A DNA stretch of 63,870 nt, the filler included, from Cercozoa sp. M6MM (taxonomy: Eukaryota; Protista; Endomyxa: Ascetosporea): the NCBI GenBank assembly GCA_040357565.1. It is 14 parts of 14 records of this genome, joined end to end, with 100 filler letters (N's around TTAATTAATTAA, not from the genome) between each part and the next. Parts side by side here need not be neighbours in the genome. Positions count along the whole stretch, not along the records: positions 55,060 to 56,939 come from JBDODJ010001894.1; positions 57,040 to 58,198 come from JBDODJ010002142.1; positions 58,299 to 61,643 come from JBDODJ010001492.1; positions 61,744 to 63,870 come from JBDODJ010001837.1; 10 more parts are not named here. One strand, written 5' to 3'. Positions 55,101 to 63,870 of the stretch are shown here, piece after piece. The notes under the pieces are model-generated. The model was not told where the DNA came from. It did no database searches and saw nothing but the letters and a program-made list of their open reading frames with translations. Positions within the stretch are counted from its first letter, which is position 1. Each line of letters begins with the position of its first letter. Position numbers and translations under genes: made by a program.

Positions 55101-56144
55101 GAAGTCTACCATGTACGATGGGATAGATCTTGAGGTGCACGGCCAGTCCAAAGAAAATCGCCGCCAAGACTTCTCTCCTCTTGCCGGTACCTGGGGTGGT
55201 AATATGAGGGGGTAAAGAGGGAGTAGAGAGGGAGTAGAGAGGGAGTAAAGAGAGGGTAAAGACAGGGTAAAGAGGGAGGAAGATGGTAGAATGAAAGAGG
55301 GGTAAAGGAGGTAAGAGGGAGGAAGATGGTAGAATGAAAGAGGGGTAAAAGCGTAAGAGGGGGTAAGAGGGAGGGGGTAAGAGGGAGGGGGGAAGAGGGG
55401 TAAGAGGGGGCAAAGCATACCACACGTAGGCAGGAAGACAGGCAGTGTGAGTGCCAACAAAACGACCAGAACGTCGGCGTTTCCGCGCGCACTCACCGTG
55501 AATACGAACGGGTTGAACAGCCAGCACACGCACACCAGCAGTGTGGCCACTCGCTGCGCAGTTATATCCCCTGTTTACCCCCCATCTACCCCCCCCCCTG
55601 TCCAGCTGAGATACCTCAGAAGAACCGCGTCGCAGCAGCAGAGTTTTCTGCATCACAGCCACCAGCAGATCTGCCGCCACGAACAGAACCTACTCGCACA
55701 AGTACCCATACTGTATACTTTTACCCCCAGCCACCTATTCCTCCTACCTCCATATCCACAACCTGTATGACAGCACCTTGCCAAACGACAAATTAAACGT
55801 GACATTCGGGATCAACAAAAAGGCTAGCAGCGGTGTGTATCGATAAGTGTGCCGATCATAGGGCGAGCCACCCGTCCATACGGCTCGCGAGGCGTCTGTG
55901 TACCTGCACGTGTACAAATTCGATGTCAACAGGTGGGCTACATTCTTTTGGAATCCTACACGTAATAGTCGACGTCGGTAAATTTCACGGCAAAGTTCGC
56001 GTCATGATACGCGCCATAAACCACCATGCCCAGGCGCAGCAGCAAGGCGCATCTGCAGAGCAAAGCAAAAAAACAACATTCACTTCTGTGCATTCAAGTC
56101 AGGAATATTTGAAACTACACGAGCGCCCAGTGCCAAGCACGCAT
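55090..56144 (-). CDS. PIGM: GPI mannosyltransferase I, 3' partial
   Basis: VKFTDVDY, YTDA, GGSPYDRHTYRYTPLLAFLL, FGKVLF, WLFNP, SARGNAD, GLAVHLKIYPI. Confidence 0.95.
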
Positions 56145-56313
56145 ATCCTCCACTAGAAATCGAATGAACACGGACGGGAGCACAGTGACAATGCCGTGGA
56201 ATGTGATGCTTGCCATTGTAGTGTCCCCTTAACAAACACACGAAGTTAGAGAGATCGGAGAGTGTAGTGAGTGTTGAGTGCGTGCTGCTTCTGCATAATT
56301 GCCATAGTGGAAA

Positions 56314-56896
56314 ATGAGCACGCTGCACAACGAAATTCGCGAGCAATTCTCTTCGCCGAGTGGGTCAGGCAAGATCACGCGCGATCTGTGGTTCCCGGTG
56401 GACCCGGAGGCCGGCCAGGAGGTGTGTAAAGAAGTCAGTGTAGCTTGTGCAAAGATGAGAAGCAATGCCTGCCACAGGAACTGCGTCGACTGGGATACTT
56501 TTTCAACGAGCGCGGTATGCTCCGACAGGTCGAAAATGAGTCGCTCGGATTTGTCTTCTCCGGACAGAAGCACTACGACGTACAGAAGCCTGTTTTGTGT
56601 ACTAGTTAAGGGGGTGCTAGACAGTATGTGGACATGCTCGTGGAGACAGGCACTGGGCGACGCCGTGGCGCGCTTTGTGTTCTTTGCGATGCAGCGCTAC
56701 CTCAAGCTGCGCAAGCTGCACCTGCCCTGTGGTGCCTTCCTTTTACCCCCTGTTTATCCCCTGTTTAACGCCCTGTGTGCCTGCCTGTTTGCCCCCTTAC
56801 CCCCTTTACCCCTCCCCCCTCCCCCCGGTTTCAGAATCGAGCGTGAGTGAGGACGAGAGCGATGACAGCGGCGTTTTTGTTTCGGACGATCTGACG
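56314..56896 (+). CDS. FAM172A: FAM172A/Arb2-domain protein, 3' partial
   Basis: LRRLGYFFNERGMLRQV...FVF...QKHYDALGDAVARFVF...VFVSDD matches the FAM172 N-terminal pattern. Confidence 0.75.
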
Positions 56897-57039
56897 TGTG
56901 TTGGGCTTTTGTTGCTGTCTCTGTTTTTGGGGGGGGGGGNNNNNNNNNNNNNNNNNNNNNNNNNNNNNNNNNNNNNNNNNNNNTTAATTAATTAANNNNN
57001 NNNNNNNNNNNNNNNNNNNNNNNNNNNNNNNNNNNNNNN

Positions 57040-57468
57040 ACTCCTCCTGCAGGAGGGGGTAAAGGGGGTAAAGCGGGGGTAAAGGTGGGTACAGTGGAGG
57101 ATAAAGAGGGTAAAGGGGGCAAGGAGGGGGTAAAGAGGGGGGTAAAACCTCACTGGACGAGGCAGCCGTCGAGGCCGACGCCGAGGCGGCCGGAGAAGCG
57201 AGCTTGGCGGCACGACGCGCGCGTTTCTTGGGCGGCGGCTGCACCTCGTGCTCCTCCTCGTCCTCCTCGTCCAGCTCCTGTGCAGACACACACACACACA
57301 GGTATTACCAGTGTAAAACACAGGGCACAACTGTCTGTACAAAGGCCTCGTCCTGCATCGAATCACTCGACTCGTCGAACGACTCGCCGTCGCTCTACAC
57401 ACATCCCTTCAGAGCACACTCACACATACAAACACACAGAGTACACTGGCACGAGAGCGCTTCTTCAT
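57040..57468 (-). CDS. N-terminus of a probable nuclear protein (acidic tract, NLS-like PPPKKRARR)
   Basis: Spliced: MKKRSRASSDGESFDESSD...EEEHEVQPPPKKRARR. Confidence 0.55.
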
Positions 57469-58298
57469 GGCGACAGTTCCGACCTTGGTCTGCTCACAAG
57501 CAGCAGTCGCTTTGGTCGACAACAAGAATACAACACCAGCAGCGCCGAACGAGAGTGATCTCAATGAGAACGACCTGCCTTGTAGACTGGATTAGCGGAC
57601 ACCCACGCCCAAGTAATGTTAACAATAGTGCGCTGACACACGCGTGCGCACACACAGTACAACTTTACTTTCCTGTACAGTCCAATAACGCACGCTTTCG
57701 GCTTCCTGTAGAAAAGAGAAATTTTTGGCGGGAGAATTGTGCTTTGATGTAAGAAGGAACGAAACTACAGCAACGCGCGCGGGAGCTTGAAGCGACTCGA
57801 ACGTGAGACCTGCCAAGCTGGTTCGTTATGCGCGGGTTAGCTGGGGTGTCGAGTATCATCTCGATTTTCCAGCACATCACGCTGCTTTAAGTCTGGTGAA
57901 TTCAAACGAAATATCACGTTGCTCGTTGGATAGCCGACCTTCAGCGGGCGGCGGACTACGGCCATGACTTGTGACCCACCCAGGACCTACGGCTACGTAC
58001 TCAGTTGATTTCTTAAGAGACTGAAGCAACTAAAGAGCACGCGCAGTGCTAAGTGTGTACAGAAACGAGCATCGTAACTGCGGTAGAGACCGAGGCACTG
58101 GTAGAGAAGGCGTTCACGACGACACCATCTTGCGCACTTGCATTCCTGCAGACACACACACACACACACACGTACACAAGCACACATACACACAGAGANN
58201 NNNNNNNNNNNNNNNNNNNNNNNNNNNNNNNNNNNNNNNNNNTTAATTAATTAANNNNNNNNNNNNNNNNNNNNNNNNNNNNNNNNNNNNNNNNNNNN

Positions 58299-58360
<62 letters not shown>

Positions 58361-58412
58361 GTGTGGAGTCGAGATGGTCGGTGGGTGTAGTGACCTGTGC
58401 GTCGAGTGCCAG

Positions 58413-59330
58413 GACCTCGCTCTCGAAGCAGCTGGTCCAGCACTGCCTGCGACAGTGGCGCAGACGAACAACGGCGACAGCGACGTTGACAGCGACATTG
58501 AGCGTCCTGTAGCGCTCGTGGCCGATGACGATGACGCCGACGAGAGCGACGTGCCGAAGGACGACGACCTGGCCGAGCACTACGACGAGGACGACGTCGA
58601 CGTCAATGACAACGACGACGACGTTTCCTCGGACGACAACGAAAGCGATGATGTCGATGAAGATGAAGACGAACAGCAGGCCATGTCGCTGCTGTACGGA
58701 GGTGACGTCGACGAGGACGACGACGAGAGTGGCGACGCCGACGACAACGACACCAATGCCAAGTTCGCTGACCTCTACGGCAGCATGTCGAAACACGAGT
58801 TCGCGCGACTCAACGCGCAACAAGAGTGGGGCGAAAACGACGACGAAGAGGTGTGTGTGTGTGCAGTCTTGTTATCCTGTCTGTGTCGGTTGTGTACACT
58901 AACTTGACTGTCATGACGCAGGATGAAGACGATGACGACGTTGTTGACAATATCCTCGAGGACCTCACCGACGACAGCGACCAGGATGACAACGAGAGCG
59001 ACAACGACAATGAAGACGACGAGAAGACCGGCATGAGTCGTGCCGAGCGTCGTATGCTCATGATGGACGACGACGATGCTGATGAGGACGACGATGAGCA
59101 AGCGGTACACCGCGACTGTCAATCCCTACGTAAGTGTAGGTCTATCTACTCGTATATGTGTTTGTGTGTTACAGAACATGGACGCCGACGAGGCCGAGCA
59201 CTACAAGTCGCTTTCAGATGCCGACAAGACGCGTTACCAACAGGCGCGAAACGCACTGGCGCAGCGCATCGCCGCGCTCGAGGGCGACCTGCTGCAACCG
59301 CGTTCGGTACCGTTTGTACTCTCAAAGTGA

Positions 59331-59379
<49 letters not shown>

Positions 59380-60612
59380 ATATGCTTTACGTCGGCAGTG
59401 GGAACTCATGGGTGAGGCGACGACGCAACACCGCGACAAGAACAGTCTGCTGGAAACGCACCTCGAGTACGACGTGTCCGACAAGGTGGCGCCTGCCATC
59501 ACGGATGCCTTCACCAAGTCCCTCGAGGACGGCATCATCGCGCGTATCAAGGCCGACAACTTTGACGATGTCGAGCGGTACTCTTTCTGCTGTGCAACTT
59601 GTACAGCTTTGGGGTATTTGTATATGATGCAACAGGCGGTACGAGCCTCGCGAGAGCAAGACTTTCAAGCGGCCACTCGCGCTGTCACAGGACAAGAGTG
59701 AACTCGGTCTGGCCGATGTGTATGCCAAGGAGATGATGCAGCAGGTCGATGAGGAGGTACACTTGGCAGGCCTTCTCTCCATTCGCCCTTTTTGGTTGAC
59801 GTTTTGTCCCATTTGGCAGGAGGATAAGGAACTGGCGGCACAGCACGCGAACATTGCGCGTGAATTCGCTGCTGTAACACTACCCATTACTGTTGAGAAA
59901 CAGGTCGATTTTACTTTTGTGTATGCAACAGTTGTGTCACGACCTGGACTCACTGAGCAACTTTGTGTTCTCGCCGGCGGCTGTGACACACGATGCTACA
60001 GTTGTCAAGGGCGACGTTGCCGCCATCGCACTCGAGGAGGCCTTGCCCATGGGTATGCTTATTTCTCTGCCTCTGTCGCTGGTTATTTCTTCTCATTTCT
60101 CTCGTAGCTGTCAGCACGGCATCGGCACGCGCGCCAGAGGACGTGTTCAAGCGGCAAAACAAAGGCGCGCTGGTTGGCGATGTTGAACTCACACAGGTAT
60201 GCTGTCTGTTCTCGAGTGCATGTACTGCAGGTCGTATGTATCGCTAACCGCACAGAAAGAGCGCAAGAAGAAGCGACGCACGAAAAAGAAGCAGGCCATC
60301 AAGCAGCGCGAACAGACGGATCGGGTACCCTTGTATTATCTGCACGTTAGAGAAGGTACAGGTTAAGATACGTTGGTGACAGGAAGAGGAACTCGCAGCA
60401 CGACACGACCCGCGTATCGCCGAGAAGCGTGCACAGCGACAGGCAACGCAAGAAGCTGCCAAGTACACTTCTCTGTCTCTACTTGAGTTTGTATGGGCAT
60501 GTCCATCGTTCTCAGGGTACGACAGCAGCAGGAGAGACGCGAACGACGCGAAAAGAAACGCGCACGAGTCACTGGACTCGCTCAGGAAGCTGTCGTTGCA
60601 GGTGCCTTGATC

Positions 60613-60665
<53 letters not shown>

Positions 60666-60841
60666 CTCATGTGTTTATGCTCTCGCTTGACTCGGCAGAC
60701 GACGGTACGAATTACGCGCGTTCGACGCAAGTCTTTGCGCGTTTGCAGTCGCTGCAGCAGCAAGAGAGCATGCAGGGTCCGAAGAGGAAGCGCCGTAAGA
60801 AGAAGTCGCGCGCTTCTGCCGCGTCGCAATTGAAGCTTTAA
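58413..60841 (+). CDS. MPP10: U3 snoRNP protein Mpp10, 5' partial
   Basis: Acidic region, then WELMGEA...RDKNSLLE, SLEDGIIARI...FDDVER, KSELGLADVY, LDSLSNF, IALEEALP, APEDV, ending LKL*. Confidence 0.92.
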
Positions 60842-61212
60842 CTCACTGCAATTCATGCGCCGCCGGGCGTTCGCGTTCGGGATAATACGATAAGATGATA
60901 TCTGACGTTTGCAATGATTGATCTACTGGCGACCACGCGATGATCAGTTCCGAGATTGAAACGCGGTGATTGTCGCCCACAATTTGACCAGTAGTAGGCT
61001 TGCACTGCTCATTGCACATCATCATGAATTGAAATTTAAACTTGTCCGCGCGGATGTATGCGGTAGGTCTACTGACAGATTCGGAAGCTCGGCTACGGCC
61101 ATTGCAGATTGCTCGATAGGTATGCCGGCCCGTGTTTAGCAAGGTGCTGATACTCGAAACGTACCAGCGATAGCGATCCCGCTTCGGTCGAGAAAGGTGG
61201 AGCCAGGGCAAG

Positions 61213-61545
61213 ATGCTGAGCTTTTCGAAAGAACTTCGCATCTACGCGAATATCATGAGCGTGCTTGTCGTTTTTCTTTCGCTTTGCGGGAGCATGATGT
61301 GGTATTGGTTTCGCCATTCATATTTCCTCGTCTGTCGATCAAAGGTAAAATGGAACTAATAAAAAACGTCAGTTTACTGGTTTGTGATTCTAAAAGAAAC
61401 TAGTAGCGTACAGCGTGGCCTGCATCATTATGCATTCTATTGTGTATGTCACTTTCAAGGAAGAAGATATCGTGTTGTGCCATAAAAGCATGCTTGTAGG
61501 ATGGCCGTAACTCTTGAAGATGTCGCCGAATGTTGGATGTGGCTG
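61213..61545 (+). CDS. Possible 5' exons of a membrane protein
   Basis: MLSFSKELRIYANIMSVLVVFLSLCGSMM followed by GT donors and a (TG)n intron. Confidence 0.35.
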
Positions 61546-61588
61546 TACGCTGCCTCTCCCTGCCTAGCTGTGTGTATGTGTGCGTGTG

Positions 61589-61643
<55 letters not shown>

Positions 61644-61743
61644 NNNNNNNNNNNNNNNNNNNNNNNNNNNNNNNNNNNNNNNNNNNNTTAATTAATTAAN
61701 NNNNNNNNNNNNNNNNNNNNNNNNNNNNNNNNNNNNNNNNNNN

Positions 61744-62015
61744 GGGGGGGGGGTAAATAGAGGGGTAAATAGGGGGTAAATAGAGGTAAATAAAGGGGTA
61801 AATAGAGGTAAATAGGGGGGTAAATAGGGGGTAAATAGGGGGATAAAAAGGGGTGTAAATAGAGGGGAAAATAGAGGGGAAAATAGAGGGGTAAATAGGG
61901 GGGTAGATATGGGGTAAATAGGGGATAAATAGGGGGATAAATAGGGGGGGTAAATAGGAGGGTAAAGAAGGAAGCGAAAAGGGAAGTAAATGGAGGGGGG
62001 TGAACAGGGGGGTAA
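61744..62015 (+). repeat. Intronic heterogeneous G(2-9)TAAA(TA/CA) array
   Basis: Directly visible. The same motif family fills dozens of introns and flanks the scaffold gap 62214-62313. Confidence 0.9.
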
Positions 62016-62024
62016 AGGAGCACA

Positions 62025-63162
62025 CGCACATTGAGTCCGTGTCGGAAGACCTCGCGTTGCGTGGAAACACTCGCCTCGAACAGCGCCGTCACGACGTGAT
62101 CGCGCACACTCGCCGTCAGTTCGGCACTGCTCAGCAGGCGCTGTGCACAGGGGGGTAAACAGGGGCGGTAAACAGGGGGTAAGCAGGGGGGTAAACAGGG
62201 GGGTAAACAGGGGNNNNNNNNNNNNNNNNNNNNNNNNNNNNNNNNNNNNNNNNNNNNNNNNNNNNNNNNNNNNNNNNNNNNNNNNNNNNNNNNNNNNNNN
62301 NNNNNNNNNNNNNGGGGGTAAACAGGGGGGTAAACAGGGGGGTAAACAGGGGGGTAAACATACACAGCACCGACGGCGTGCGCGAATGCGACGTCCGTGA
62401 CGACGTGGATTCCTGCACTACACATGGGGGTCAAGGGGGGTAAAGGGGGGTAAAGGGGGGTAAAGGGGGTAAGAAGTAAAGGGCTCAGGGAGGTAAGGGG
62501 GTAAAGAGGTACGAAGAGTACCTTCTTCCTCCTCTACGTCTTCGTATTGTCTGCACAAGGGGGGTAAGAAGGGTGGGCTGGAGAGGGGGTAAACTACTGC
62601 TCCTGAGCCGCAGCACTCGCACTCATCCACTCGCGCATGCTCTTGACCGCTGACACCTGTGGAAGATGGGGGGTAAAGGGGTAGTGTTAAGGGGGTAGTG
62701 TTAAGGGGGTAGGGTAAAGGGCAGGGGGGGGTAAAGATGGCACCAGCGTCTGCAGCGACTCGCGTCGCAACGCCGCATGCGCCAACAAATCCACCGAGTT
62801 GGCACCTGCACATATCGGGGGGGGGGGTACAAGGGGATAGATACATCACAGGGTAGGGGGGGGGGGTAAAACTAACCAGGCGGCGGAACAGCAGTGGCCA
62901 GGTGCGCCAGCGACTCCATCTGGCGATGGGGGGTAAGAGGGGGTAAGAGGGGTAAGAGGGGGTAAGAGAGGCAAGGGTGGGGGGGGGCAAAACGCACCAG
63001 CGTCTGGAAGGCAGGCGTGTCGGCACAGTCGTAGTTGAGGAAGAGTTCGACCAGGGCGCGCTGATCCACGGCCAGCACAGCGAGTGCCTGCACCACCTGG
63101 AGTTGGTGTGCCACTGCACATGCACACACACACACCATACATACAACAGACATACAACAGAT

Positions 63163-63193
<31 letters not shown>

Positions 63194-63270
63194 CATCCAT
63201 GCATATATACATACAAACATATACATACACATACATACATACATACATACATACAACATACACATACATC

Positions 63271-63318
<48 letters not shown>

Positions 63319-63858
63319 CATACATGCATACATACATACATACATACTTACATACGTACATACGTACATACATACATATATACATACATATATACATCCA
63401 TTCATATATACATACATACTACATACATACATACACACATACATACACACAAATCTATATACATACATACATACATACATACATACATACATACATACAT
63501 ACATACATACACATACATACATACATATATACATACATACATATATACATACATATATACATACATATATACATACATATATACATACATACATATATAC
63601 ATACATACATATACATACATACATACATACATACAGAGAAAAGTACCGCCGTGACTGTGCCAAGAAACGCCGTGCGAGCCTGCTCCTGCGGCGAGGATCG
63701 GGGGTAAAAGAGGTGGGGGGCAGGGGGGGGGGAAAACGCAACACTACCGCCATGCTGGCCCCCCAGCAGTCGCAGATACGACGAGGTCAGCAAGGCGCCG
63801 ATCTCCTGTCGCAGCGCCTGTCGCCACCGCGCCGACCTCAGCAGCACCACGAAGCACT
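62025..63858 (-). CDS. Large ARF-GEF (BIG/Sec7/Mon2 family), HUS-domain region, internal fragment
   Basis: LRQEIGALL...YLRLL and the HUS box [10 protein letters not shown]. Confidence 0.75.
63120..63635 (+). repeat. Intronic (CATA)n/(TA)n microsatellite, ~515 bp
   Basis: Directly visible; explains the spurious YVCM/HTYI ORFs. Confidence 0.95.
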
Positions 63859-63870
63859 GAGAGGGGGGGG

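Noticed and set aside
21472-56144. Apparent GPI-pathway cluster (PIGV, PIGM, PGM3)
   Set aside because: The genes are on different contigs joined by artificial linkers, so linkage cannot be inferred.
62418-63753. Long YVCM/HTYI/CVCV/LNSTQ ORFs (also at 328-888, 7648-8287 and 32109-33094)
   Set aside because: These are translations of intronic microsatellites.

Overview
Eukaryotic (protist-like) nuclear DNA; I cannot assign the taxon from sequence alone. The window joins 14 contigs with an artificial 100-nt linker (44 N + TTAATTAATTAA + 44 N) and has one true 100-N scaffold gap (62214-62313), so synteny across linkers is meaningless. Genes use the standard code and are split by many short (mostly ~45-100 nt) GT-AG introns, so the supplied ORF track fragments them and most long low-complexity ORFs are artefacts. 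After manual splicing I recognise: an ABCC/MRP transporter, a phosphagen kinase, a TOG/crescerin-like protein, a DHHC-family acyltransferase with an EHHC motif, AP-3 sigma, a patatin TAG lipase, PIG-V, ferrochelatase, a DEAD-box helicase, a double-GYF protein, dynein intermediate chain, an ALK/LTK glycine-rich-domain protein, PGM3, delta-COP, an ankyrin protein, PIG-M, FAM172A, Mpp10 and a Sec7/BIG-like ARF-GEF. There is also an APE-type LINE, a rearranged relic of it and a SINE-like repeat. The most unusual signals are: (1) very weak 5' splice sites together with introns filled by strand-biased tandem motifs resembling branch-point plus pyrimidine-tract units; (2) two unannotated, strongly self-complementary intergenic elements (60849-61031 and 6305-6548); (3) a 2A-like NPGP motif ahead of the LINE endonuclease; (4) the EHHC variant. 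Gene coordinates are manually spliced spans and are approximate at partial ends.
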